This document shows, piece after piece, positions 53,440 through 62,542 of a stretch of DNA of 64,000 nucleotides. A program made the translations under genes and the position numbers. This DNA comes from Limnothrix sp. BL-A-16 (GTDB lineage: Bacteria; Cyanobacteriota; Cyanobacteriia; CACIAM-69d). The stretch covers positions 3,456,001 through 3,520,000 of the forward strand of contig CP166615.1 of the NCBI GenBank assembly GCA_041937175.2, given 5' to 3'. The notes beneath the pieces are model-generated. The model saw only the letters and a list, made by a program, of their open reading frames with translations. It had not been told where the DNA came from and ran no database searches. How positions within the stretch are numbered: position 1 is the first letter of the stretch; every line of letters begins with the position of its first letter.

Positions 53440-53715
53440 GAATGATGATGGCGATCGCAGGACTCAGCTCCCGAAATCCTTGACCATAACTCCTTAGCAG
53501 AACGGAGGGAATCTTCGTTGTGACGCTTCCCTCCGCTGTTACCAATCTCTCGATGCCTGACCTCATCCTTGTGGAAATGTTCCCCATGGGTGAGGTCAAG
53601 CCTCCATATTAACCAAAGAATTTGCTCAAGCCCGACTTTGCCAGCGCGTGGCCTTTTGGTGGTTGGTATTCGGCTCGAATTGTGGTGAAATGCGGACATG
53701 AGCCGCCTTTCATAG
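53440..53715 (+). ncRNA. Candidate structured RNA or leader (four consecutive hairpins)
   Basis: Hairpins at 53495-53541, 53558-53598, 53629-53675 and 53686-53712; G-U pairs favour the plus strand; TAGAAT at 53428. Confidence 0.35.
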
Positions 53716-53963
53716 CCTTGAAATAAACTTGAAACAAAACCGAAGCCGGTTGAATCTTGGATCTTAAATCTTGATTCAAGATGGAATTCGTATTGAACGC
53801 CTATGGAATTCGGATGGAATTCGGATGGAATTCGGATGGGATCCATGGGTGATTTGGGTTTGGATCAGGGGTGTTTCCTTGCGGTTGGAGCGGCCCTGTT
53901 AAGCTAAGAGCATGAGAAACCCCTGGCCAAGTCGTTTATTCCCACCGGGCGATCGGGCGATCG

Positions 53964-54356
53964 TTGAAGACTTCTCAGATTGAGCTAACGGAGTCCTACC
54001 CTTGTCCCTGTCGGCAACGGGGCACCCTGCGGCCGATCGCACTCATGGATGCATTTGGTTGCGATCGCTGCCAGCAAATTTTTGTGGTGACCGAATCGGG
54101 TGACCAAATTGAGCAGGTGTCTTCTGGGGCAATCTACCGACGGCTGTGGCGATGGACCGGAACGCGCTGGCTCTCCGTGCGTCCACCCTTGCGTGAAAAT
54201 TATTTGCCCATTACCCTTTGGGCTGGATTTGTCTTGGTGTTGGCTTGGTTGCCCCTGATTGTCAAAGGACTGGCAGGCACGGCGGCTTGGCTGTTGCCGG
54301 GATTGCTGGTGATTGGGCTACCGCTATTGTTGTTATGGCTGGCATACCGGCGCTGA
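53964..54356 (+). CDS. Hypothetical Zn-ribbon membrane protein
   Basis: YPCPC..GTL.PI.L.DAFGCDRCQQIF plus two C-terminal TM segments; TTG start. Confidence 0.75.
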   Translation: MKTSQIELTESYPCPCRQRGTLRPIALMDAFGCDRCQQIFVVTESGDQIEQVSSGAIYRRLWRWTGTRWLSVRPPLRENYLPITLWAGFVLVLAWLPLIVKGLAGTAAWLLPGLLVIGLPLLLLWLAYRR

Positions 54357-54360
54357 GATT

Positions 54361-55626
54361 ATGGTTGGAAATCCCCTGGTTAATTCGGGAGCGCTGGATT
54401 TATTTGGGGCATTGGCGGCGGCGGCCCGAGGGCGATCGGCCCTGGTGGCCATGCGGGGTGGTGAGCGATCGCGGGCGCTGAAGGTGATGGCCAAGGCCTT
54501 GCGAGCCGCCCAAAACGAAATTTTGGAAGCCAACACGCTGGATTTGGAAGCCAGCCGCGAAAAGGCCAGCAGTGGCTTGCCGTCCCTGTGGATTAAGTTC
54601 ACGCCCGATCGACTGCAACAGGTGGCCGATATGCTCGATCGGCTGGCGGATTTGCCCGACCCCACCCGGCAGGCCATTCGCGCCACCCACCAAACTCAAT
54701 ATCTACAAAGCTATTGCCAACTGATGCCCCTGGGGACGATCGCCCTGGTGCATGAAGGCCTGCCGGAGCTGGGGGCGATCGCGGCGGGCATGGGCATCAA
54801 AACCGGCAACAGCATGATTTTGTATGGCAGCAGCGACACCAAACACACCAACGCGGCGATCGCGGCGGCCCTCACCGATGGGCTGACGGCTGGGGAATTG
54901 CCGCCCGAATGTGTCACGGCCATTCCGCCCGATCGGGATATTTCCATGCGCGACCTGCTGGCCCAGGAGCGCTACTTGAACCTGATCGTGGCCTATGGCC
55001 GGCCAAAGCTGGTGCAACAGGCCAGTCAGTTTGCCACCGTGCCCATTCTGGGGGCCGCGATCGGCAATTGTTATCTCTACTGGGCCCTGTCCGGCGAGTT
55101 AGACGTGGTGCGCTGGGCCATTTCCGACAGCCACCAGGGCGATCCGGAAGCGGTGAACGCGATCGAAAAGGTGCTGGTTCACGAGCGCCACAATCGATCG
55201 ATGTTGGGGGTACTCTTTGGCTCCTTGCAAACGGACGGGTTTGAAGTGCGGGTCGATGCCCACCTGCAACAGGATTTTCCCGACTTGCCCTTGGCGGCCG
55301 ATGATGAGTGGAATCGGCCCTATTTAACCAAAACCGTTGCGTTTCGCACGGTGGCCAGCGTGGAAGAGGCGATCGCGGTGATTCACACCCAAAGCAGCGG
55401 CCACGCGGACTGCATCGCCACCGAGTCCTATCGAGAAGCCCACCAATTCGCCTCCCGCCTCGACAGCGCCTCCACCTACATCAATGCTTCACCCCGATTC
55501 CAGCGCAATCCCCGGGGCAGTGCTTCGGTGTTTTTGGGCATGTCGAATCAAAAGGGCTACCGACGCGGGGCGATCGGCCTGGACATGTTAACCACCATCA
55601 AGCAAATTGTCCAAGGGGACGGCTAA
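54361..55626 (+). CDS. proA: Gamma-glutamyl phosphate reductase-like protein (divergent ProA paralogue)
   Basis: ILEANTLDL, PLGTIA, KTGN, SSGHADCI, YINASPRF, GMSNQK..RRG.IGL..LTT.K; the CNA motif reads VNA. Confidence 0.8.
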   Translation: MVGNPLVNSGALDLFGALAAAARGRSALVAMRGGERSRALKVMAKALRAAQNEILEANTLDLEASREKASSGLPSLWIKFTPDRLQQVADMLDRLADLPDPTRQAIRATHQTQYLQSYCQLMPLGTIALVHEGLPELGAIAAGMGIKTGNSMILYGSSDTKHTNAAIAAALTDGLTAGELPPECVTAIPPDRDISMRDLLAQERYLNLIVAYGRPKLVQQASQFATVPILGAAIGNCYLYWALSGELDVVRWAISDSHQGDPEAVNAIEKVLVHERHNRSMLGVLFGSLQTDGFEVRVDAHLQQDFPDLPLAADDEWNRPYLTKTVAFRTVASVEEAIAVIHTQSSGHADCIATESYREAHQFASRLDSASTYINASPRFQRNPRGSASVFLGMSNQKGYRRGAIGLDMLTTIKQIVQGDG

Positions 55627-55753
55627 TTTGGCCTCATTTCCAGGGCTAGTGATCTGTGTAATCAAATTCAATTTTGATCACGGATCTGATGGATTTTTGC
55701 AATATTTGCAATAGTTGATTATCCTCGCCCAATTGCCCCCAACAAGGGGCTTA

Positions 55754-55896
55754 GGGCCTGTCGTCATTATTTCGAGGTGATGCTGAAACAGTTGATCTTC
55801 CATGCCCTAGTCGTCGCAACAAGGGGCTTAAGCCCCTTGTCCCCCACGATCCGCTAACGGCAGATCTAGGGTTTCGTGCTCAACGACAACAGGCCC
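55754..55896. mobile_element. 143-bp MITE, copy 1
   Basis: Terminal inverted repeats GGGCCTGTCGTCATT...AACGACAACAGGCCC, flanked by TA; internal palindrome at 55820. Confidence 0.85.
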
Positions 55897-55898
55897 TA

Positions 55899-56041
55899 GG
55901 GCCTGTCGTCATTATTTCGAGGTGATGCTGAAACAGGTGATCTTCCATGCCCTCGTCGTCGCAACAAGGGGCTTAAGCCCCTTGTCCCCCACGATCCGCT
56001 AACGGCAGATCTAGGGTTTCGTGCTCAACGACGACAGGCCC
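55899..56041. mobile_element. 143-bp MITE, copy 2 (tandem)
   Basis: Three substitutions versus copy 1; TA between the copies and TA after; the flanks rebuild CAAGGGGCT-TA-AGCCCCTTG. Confidence 0.85.
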
Positions 56042-56143
56042 TAAGCCCCTTGTCCCTCGACCTCGCCACGGCAGGATCGGAGCCTTGGGGATTGGATGAC
56101 GGCTTCTTCATCGGTTCAGGCTCCTTTTAATTGATTCCCAACC

Positions 56144-56920
56144 ATGCCGGTAAGCACTCGTAAGTGGGCCGCCAAACAACAGGTGGCGATCGAAATTCTC
56201 GATCGCCTGACACTGCTCTATCCCGATGCCACATGCAGCCTGGACTATGAAACGCCCGTGCAATTGTTGGTGGCGACGATTCTGTCGGCCCAATGCACCG
56301 ATGAGCGGGTAAACAAGGTCACGCCGGCCCTGTTTGGGCGGTTTCCCGACGCGGCGGCCCTGGCCGGGGCCGATCTCGCCGAGCTGGAGGAACTGGTGCG
56401 ATCGACCGGCTTCTATCGCAACAAAGCTAAGAATATCCAGGGCGCTTGCCGAATGATCCTGGAACGATTTGGCGGCAACCTGCCCAAGCGGATGGAGGAA
56501 CTGCTGTTGCTGCCGGGGGTGGCGCGCAAAACGGCGAATGTGGTGTTAGCCCACGCCTTTGGCATCAATGCGGGCGTGACGGTGGACACCCACGTCAAAC
56601 GCCTGGCCTATCGCTTGGGCATGACTGAGCATCAGGATCCGGTGCGGATTGAGCGCGATTTGATGCGGCTGTTGCCCCAACCAGACTGGGAAAATTGGTC
56701 GATTCGGCTGATTTATCACGGGCGGGCCGTTTGCGATGCCCGGAAACCGGCTTGCGATCGCTGCCAGTTGGCGGATCTATGTCCCCAAAAGGGACTGGGC
56801 GCAACGACAACCCAGGCCAAATCCCAATCCCCTGCCCGATCGCCCGGTAAAACCAGCGGCAAATCTAATAACAAAGCCAGTTCCAGCACAGCTAAGGGCA
56901 AAACGCCCCCCAAACCCTAG
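56144..56920 (+). CDS. nth: Endonuclease III
   Basis: LLVATILSAQCTD, LPGVARKTANVV, VDTHV, C-x6-C-x2-C-x5-C; low-complexity tail. Confidence 0.97.
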   Translation: MPVSTRKWAAKQQVAIEILDRLTLLYPDATCSLDYETPVQLLVATILSAQCTDERVNKVTPALFGRFPDAAALAGADLAELEELVRSTGFYRNKAKNIQGACRMILERFGGNLPKRMEELLLLPGVARKTANVVLAHAFGINAGVTVDTHVKRLAYRLGMTEHQDPVRIERDLMRLLPQPDWENWSIRLIYHGRAVCDARKPACDRCQLADLCPQKGLGATTTQAKSQSPARSPGKTSGKSNNKASSSTAKGKTPPKP

Positions 56921-57049
56921 CCCCCGTTTAGCGATCGAGTCCTTCGCTTCCGAGCTGGGGCCACAGAGCGTGTCAAATCGTTACCAGTTGCGCTCTCCAA
57001 CCGATCGCCCGTCCTAGAATGAGGGCAGAAGCATTTAGGGATCGAGCGA

Positions 57050-57514
57050 ATGGCTGCAACGGTTGCCGATGTAATGAGCCGCGATCCGATCGTCGTCCGT
57101 CGTGACACCTCCCTGGTTGAGGTCATCAAACTCCTGGCGGAACAGCGCATTAGCGGCGTGCCCGTGGTGGATGAAGCGGGGCAGTTGATTGGGGTTGTGT
57201 CGGAAAGCGATCTGATGTGGCAAGAGACCGGCGTGGATGTGCCGCCGTTCATCACCATCTTGGACAGTGTGATTTATCTCAAAAATCCCCTGCAATTTGA
57301 AAAGGAATTGCACAAGGCCCTGGGCAGTACGGTGGCCGATGTGATGAGCGATCGGGTGAAAACCACTAAACCCGATACATTGCTGCGCGATGCCACGCGG
57401 CACTTGCTGGAAGGTAATATTCACCGAATGCCCGTGGTAGATGATGCGGGGGCGATCGTGGGCATTCTGACTCGGGGCGACATCATCCGAGCCATGGCGG
57501 CCGGGTTGCAGTAG
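57050..57514 (+). CDS. CBS-domain pair protein
   Basis: VADVMS twice, ISGVPVVD..GVVSESDL, MPVVD..GILTRGDI. Confidence 0.92.
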   Translation: MAATVADVMSRDPIVVRRDTSLVEVIKLLAEQRISGVPVVDEAGQLIGVVSESDLMWQETGVDVPPFITILDSVIYLKNPLQFEKELHKALGSTVADVMSDRVKTTKPDTLLRDATRHLLEGNIHRMPVVDDAGAIVGILTRGDIIRAMAAGLQ

Positions 57515-57685
57515 GCGAGCGTTGCGCGGGCTGCCAAGGGACGGCTCAGGCATGATCTGGGACAATTTGGGCCGATCGAGCCGGATTTGAGGGCGATCGC
57601 CCAGCATCAACAGTGGTTAGGGTTCGGCGGCTGTGGCATTTTGGAAGAGGCCGTTGGAATTTGCTGATCGCTGAGGTGGAAGTTC

Positions 57686-58660
57686 ATGACTGCCGATCGC
57701 CCCGTTGCAAATCGTTCTGACTGGCTCGATCGGGCCCTGTTGCCAGCGGGGGCGGCCTGCTTGGCCCTGGCCTATGGGCCACTGTTGGTGCATTGGGTGC
57801 GCGGTTGGCTCACCAAAGACATCAGCATTGAGCATGAATATTTCAGCTACGGCCTGATTGGGCTGCCCTTTGCGGCTTACCTGGCCTGGGAAAAGCGATC
57901 GCGCTGGCAGCAGTTGGCCGATCGATCGCACCCGGTGGGCTGGGGGCTGTTGGGGTTGAGCGTGGCGTTTTATCTGAGCGGCGTGGCCGATTGGGTGAAC
58001 CTGTCGTTCCCGATCGCCCTCTGGGGTCTTTGTGGCATTTGGAAAGGGGCCACCGGTTGGCGGTTGATGGCGGCTCCTTTGATTTTCACCACCCTGGCCA
58101 CACCCAACGAAATTCCCTACCTCATTTCGCCCTACGTGGTGGGGTTGCAGCGGTTCATTGCCGCCATGGCTGGTTTTTTGCTGAACCAAGTGGGACTGGA
58201 AGCGCAAGTGGAGGGCATTTATCTCTACGTGCGCGATCGGGCGGTGGAGGTGGCTCCCCACTGCGCGGGCCTGAAAATGCTCCTAACCTGTTGGTATGTG
58301 GGGCTGATGGCCATCTACTGGTGCGGCACGGTGCGGGGGCGATCGCCCATTGCCCTATTTTTGGTGGGAACCACGGCCATCAGCGTGTTGATGAATGTGT
58401 TTCGGAACACGATTTTGGCCTATTTGCACGGCACGGGTCAGGATGGCCTGTTCGACTTCATGCATGAGGGAACCGGCGGCGACCTCTATTCAGCCGTGAT
58501 GTTGCTGACTGTGGTGTTGTGGTTCCGAGTGATTGAGCGGTTTGTGGGCGACGGACTGGATGCGGCCCCATCGCCCGCCAAGGCTGCGCCCCGATCGAAG
58601 CCTGACCTGATCGCGCCGGAGGATGAGTCGGAAGCCGCAGAACGAGATCCCGATTTCTAG
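57686..58660 (+). CDS. crtB: Cyanoexosortase B (the symbol is unrelated to phytoene synthase crtB)
   Basis: ISIEHEYFS.G, VEVAPHCAGLKML (catalytic Cys), NVFRN (Arg), FMHEG (His); multi-TM. Confidence 0.85.
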   Translation: MTADRPVANRSDWLDRALLPAGAACLALAYGPLLVHWVRGWLTKDISIEHEYFSYGLIGLPFAAYLAWEKRSRWQQLADRSHPVGWGLLGLSVAFYLSGVADWVNLSFPIALWGLCGIWKGATGWRLMAAPLIFTTLATPNEIPYLISPYVVGLQRFIAAMAGFLLNQVGLEAQVEGIYLYVRDRAVEVAPHCAGLKMLLTCWYVGLMAIYWCGTVRGRSPIALFLVGTTAISVLMNVFRNTILAYLHGTGQDGLFDFMHEGTGGDLYSAVMLLTVVLWFRVIERFVGDGLDAAPSPAKAAPRSKPDLIAPEDESEAAERDPDF

Positions 58661-58690
58661 CGATCGGCTCCTGTGTCCTGACCGTCCTTA

Positions 58691-58720
58691 CCACCCTAGA
58701 CAAGGGGCTTCAGCCCCTTG
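58691..58720. repeat. REP-like palindrome with MITE-related flank
   Basis: CAAGGGGCTTCAGCCCCTTG; CCACCCTAGACAAG is the reverse complement of 63777-63790. Confidence 0.8.
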
Positions 58721-58765
58721 CCCCCCGATCGGGATGTGCAAGATCGGGGATTAAGGAATTTGAGC

Positions 58766-59980
58766 TTAGGGCGTGCCGAAGGATTCGATGATTCGCAAAA
58801 ATAACTCCACTCCCATGGCCAGCGCCGTTTCATCAAAATCAAAGCGGGGGTGGTGATGGGGGAACGCTAAACCCCGATCGGGATTGGCTGCCCCCACAAA
58901 GAAATAGCAACCGGGAACTTCCTTCAGGAAAAAGGACATATCCTCACCGCCCATGGTTTGGCAGTTGGGCACAACCCCGATCGGCGTTTCAATCACCGTT
59001 TCGGCCACCCGTCGCACCCGATCGGCTGCGGCCGGATCGTTGACCGTGGCCGGATAGATCGATCGATAGTCCAGTTCGTACCGGGCCCCGTGGGCGGCGC
59101 AAATGCCCGCAATAATCGACTCCACCCGCTCCTGGATCACCCCTTCCAGGGCCGGATTGAAATAGCGCACCGTGCCGGCCAAGCGGGCCTGATCCGCGAT
59201 CACGTTTTTGGCCGTGCCCGCGTGAAATTCGCCCACGGTCACCACCGCTGAATCGATCGGGTCAATGTTGCGAGCCACAATCGTTTGCAGGGCCGTGACA
59301 ATTTGCGCCCCCACCAACACCGAGTCGATCGTTTGGTGGGGCATGGCTCCATGGCCGCCCTTCCCGAACAGGGTGCAAGCAAACAGTTCCACCGCCGCCA
59401 TCAACGGCCCCGGCCGCACGCCCACTGTGCCCAGCGGCAGGTTATTCCACAAATGCAGCCCAAAGATGGCATCCACATCGGGATTGTGCAGCACCCCAGC
59501 TTCGATCATCGGTTTTGCGCCGCCGGGCCCTTCTTCGGCCGGCTGAAAAATCAGCTTGATGGTTCCGGCCAGTTGCGATCGATGCTGGGCCAAATAATAG
59601 GCCGTGCCCAAAGCGATCGCCGTGTGGCCGTCGTGGCCGCAGGCGTGCATTTTGCCCTCGTGGCGAGATCGATAGGGTACTTCGTTTTGCTCTTGTACGG
59701 GCAAGGCATCCATATCGGCCCGCAAGGCAATGGTTGGGCCCGGTTGGCTGCCTTCAATGACCGCCACAATGCCGGTTTTGGCGATGCCCGCTTCGTAATC
59801 AATGCCCCACTCTCGCAGGCGATCGCTCACAAAAGCGGCCGTCAAGGCCTCTTGAAATCCCAACTCTGGGTATTGATGAAACTGTCGCCGCCAAGACACC
59901 AATTGCGGCAACAAATTTCGCACATCTAACCGTAACTTCGATAGGTCAATTCCTGGAGCGGTGGGTAAGGTGGAAATCAC
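58766..59980 (-). CDS. M20D family amidohydrolase
   Basis: HQYPELGFQE, LRADMDALP, MHACGHDGH, FQPAEEG, GGEDMS, HHHPRFDFDE. Confidence 0.95.
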   Translation of the reverse strand: MISTLPTAPGIDLSKLRLDVRNLLPQLVSWRRQFHQYPELGFQEALTAAFVSDRLREWGIDYEAGIAKTGIVAVIEGSQPGPTIALRADMDALPVQEQNEVPYRSRHEGKMHACGHDGHTAIALGTAYYLAQHRSQLAGTIKLIFQPAEEGPGGAKPMIEAGVLHNPDVDAIFGLHLWNNLPLGTVGVRPGPLMAAVELFACTLFGKGGHGAMPHQTIDSVLVGAQIVTALQTIVARNIDPIDSAVVTVGEFHAGTAKNVIADQARLAGTVRYFNPALEGVIQERVESIIAGICAAHGARYELDYRSIYPATVNDPAAADRVRRVAETVIETPIGVVPNCQTMGGEDMSFFLKEVPGCYFFVGAANPDRGLAFPHHHPRFDFDETALAMGVELFLRIIESFGTP

Positions 59981-60320
59981 GGAAGTTCAGATACTTTTTA
60001 GATTTTCCTTAGACCTTAGCTTAGAGTTTTTCCGTTGGGCGATGCACGAATGGCGATCGGGATCGAGATCGCGATCGGGGCGAAATCCCAAACCGCCTGA
60101 TCGCCCTGAAAATGCGAAAAATATTCGGTCTGGAAACCCTGGGATCTGCCACAAATCTTGATGCAATCCCCCCAAGGTGACGGTCAGTGACGACCAATTG
60201 TGGACTTTCATCAATTTCCATCGCGAATTGATCCAGAATTCCCCGATCGCCCTGGCCATTGGCTAGATCGAAAAGAGAATTCAGCGCTAATCACCGGATC
60301 CCAAACCGGAGGGAGCCACC

Positions 60321-60803
60321 ATGCTAAAACCGCCACCACCTCCCCCGATCGCCCCTAAGCAAATGAACCTGCTGCGGGTGGTTGCTGCCATGGCCTGGGC
60401 CGACGGACATTTGGCCGACGAAGAAATTGAAGTGATGCTCGATCGCTTCAGCCAACTGTTTGCCCGCGACGGCCAACAATCGATCGAACTGAAACAAGAC
60501 TTGCGAGAATATTTGGTGCAAAATCTGCCCTTGGCGGAAATTGTGCCCAAGCTCACCAGTGACGCGGACAAAGAATTGGCCCTGGAATTGGCCTATGAAA
60601 CCATCGCTTCCAGCGCCCGCACGCCCGATGAAGCGGTGATTAATGCCGAAGAATCCGCCGCCTATGGTGAATTGGTGCGGCTGTTGGCCCTGTCGCCGGA
60701 CGTGGTGAAACGGATTGAATCGAACAGCAATCAGGCCGGGGCTTCCAAGCAAGACCTAATTGAGTTCTTGGCTCAAAAGCTCGCAGAAACTGACCTGTCC
60801 TAA
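60321..60803 (+). CDS. TerB-like family protein
   Basis: AMAWADGHLADEE TerB-type motif; GGAG RBS. Confidence 0.75.
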   Translation: MLKPPPPPPIAPKQMNLLRVVAAMAWADGHLADEEIEVMLDRFSQLFARDGQQSIELKQDLREYLVQNLPLAEIVPKLTSDADKELALELAYETIASSARTPDEAVINAEESAAYGELVRLLALSPDVVKRIESNSNQAGASKQDLIEFLAQKLAETDLS

Positions 60804-60827
60804 GGCGCGATCGGGAGCAGACCGGCA

Positions 60828-60977
60828 GCAACGATCCGCCACTTGCTCCCCAGATCTGACCCAGGCAAGGGGCTTAAGCCCCTTGTCCCCATGAGCCTTG
60901 GTGCAACGATCCGCCACTTACTCCTCAGATCTGACCCAGACAAGGGGCTTAAGCCCCTTGTCCCCGTGAGCCTTGGC
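60828..60977. repeat. Two 75-bp direct repeats, each with the 20-bp palindrome
   Basis: Units begin GCAACGATCCGCC at 60828 and 60903; palindromes at 60866 and 60941. Confidence 0.9.
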
Positions 60978-61010
60978 GCTTGGTCAGTCTCCCAAAATAC
61001 TGATCAGGCA

Positions 61011-61082
61011 TCTGCTAAAACTTCCGCCAAGATCTCAACAAAAACCTCAGCCAAGACTTCAGCAAAAACTTCAGCTAAGACG
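61011..61082. repeat. Degenerate 12-bp tandem repeat, about 6 copies
   Basis: TCAGC(A/C/T)AA(A/G)ACT-like units overlapping the stop of the aldo/keto reductase gene. Confidence 0.7.
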
Positions 61083-62283
61083 ATTGCGAGAGTCGCTTCA
61101 CCGCCCCGCCCGCCAGTAACTGGTGCGCCTCCGTCAGAATATTCAAGACCCGATCGGGATAGGGACTGCGGGCTAAACAGGGGCGCAAATCCAACTCCGA
61201 CAAGCGATCGCCCCGTTGCCCTGGAAACCAGTGGCCCCCATTGCCCAACAGGTTGTAGCGCATTTTGCCATAGGCCACCATGTCAAAGGCCTTCACCAAA
61301 TTCCAAAGCCACACGATCGTCCGCACACTGATTTCGCCCGGCACTTCTTCCGGCTTCGGCAACCCCTGTTCCCAAGTGCGCAGCCAGGCCTTCCCTTCCC
61401 CAGGGCCAAATTCGCGATCAAACGCCTCGATCGCCGCTTGCTCCAACCGTCGCGTAATCATGGGCAGCAACTGGCCCGGTTGATCCAAAAAGGACAGGGT
61501 TTTCAGATGCTCATCAAAATCGCTAGGCCGAGCGGCCCCCAGGCTCAGGGTATGCACCTGCGGATGGCTTAAACAAAACAAATTGTTAAACACCATCGGA
61601 CTCAGGGGCTTGCAGAGTTCCACCAATTTGGGCGATGGCTCGTAGAGCAGCCCCCCCTTATTGGCTGGACTGATAATAAACACGCCCATATCCAACTGGG
61701 TGGCCGCCTCGATCGCCCGCCAGTTGGTTTGGTTGATGTAATACCAATGCAAATTGACGTAATCAAATTGGTTGGACTGAATCGTCTCCATGATTACGTC
61801 CAAGGGCCCGTGGGTGGAAAATCCAATGAACCGCACTCGCCCCTCCGCCTGCCAGCGTCTGGCCCGATCGAGGCAGCCCCCCGGCCGCAACGTCCAGTCC
61901 AAATGCTCGCGGGTGTTAATCCCGTGAATGCCCAGCAAGTCCACATAGTCGAGCTTGAGGTAGCCCATGGACTGCTCAAAGTCCCGCTCAAAGTCGGCCA
62001 CCTGGGCAGTAGGCCCCACCTTCGTTTGCACAATCAAATCCTGACGGGGATATTGCGGCAGCACCCAACCCAGTTGCATCTCGGAGCTGCCATAGCCCCT
62101 GGCCGTCTCAATGTGGTTAATGCCCACAGCAAGGGCCCGCTCGATCGTGGCGGCCAAATTGGCTTGGCCCGCCGCGTCAATTTGTGTGGGTGAGAGGTCT
62201 TGCCAGGCCTGCTGGTAGCGCATTCCACCACAGGAAAACACCGGCATTGATAGCTCTGTGCGCCCAAACCGTCGATAAAGCAT
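61075..62283 (-). CDS. Aldo/keto reductase family protein
   Basis: MLYRRFGRTEL, GINHIETARGYGSSE, QTKV, IGFSTHG, DYVNLHWY. Confidence 0.92.
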   Translation of the reverse strand: MLYRRFGRTELSMPVFSCGGMRYQQAWQDLSPTQIDAAGQANLAATIERALAVGINHIETARGYGSSEMQLGWVLPQYPRQDLIVQTKVGPTAQVADFERDFEQSMGYLKLDYVDLLGIHGINTREHLDWTLRPGGCLDRARRWQAEGRVRFIGFSTHGPLDVIMETIQSNQFDYVNLHWYYINQTNWRAIEAATQLDMGVFIISPANKGGLLYEPSPKLVELCKPLSPMVFNNLFCLSHPQVHTLSLGAARPSDFDEHLKTLSFLDQPGQLLPMITRRLEQAAIEAFDREFGPGEGKAWLRTWEQGLPKPEEVPGEISVRTIVWLWNLVKAFDMVAYGKMRYNLLGNGGHWFPGQRGDRLSELDLRPCLARSPYPDRVLNILTEAHQLLAGGAVKRLSQSS

Positions 62284-62542
62284 GGGTTTTTGGGATCTGA
62301 GGAATTGTTTTAGAAGCAAGGGAATGCGTGGCAAGGTTCAATAACCCAATGCTAGGCAGCCATACCCAATGCTAGACAGCGATGCTGAATGCCGCGCCGG
62401 ATCGCCAATTCAGCCATGCTTGCTGGGGTGGACTGGATCCGTGGCCCGTAACGCACCGTTGAAGGGAAGCGATAGGATTAAGTCATGTTTAAAATGGCCG
62501 CCCATTTCCTAATCCCCAACCCCTTGTGTTAGGAGTCTTCCC

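Noticed and set aside
53433..53846. 137-aa minus-strand ORF in the pnp-proA gap
   Set aside because: Starts inside an 11-bp tandem repeat and has no recognisable features; not excluded, but unsupported.
55743..56052. Possible CRISPR mini-array
   Set aside because: The intervening sequences are near-identical rather than unique spacers, there are no cas genes, and the TIR/TA structure indicates a MITE.
60843..61331. 162-aa ORF with KGLKPLV and SAKT repeats
   Set aside because: Translation of the palindrome and 12-bp repeats, and overlaps the aldo/keto reductase gene antisense.
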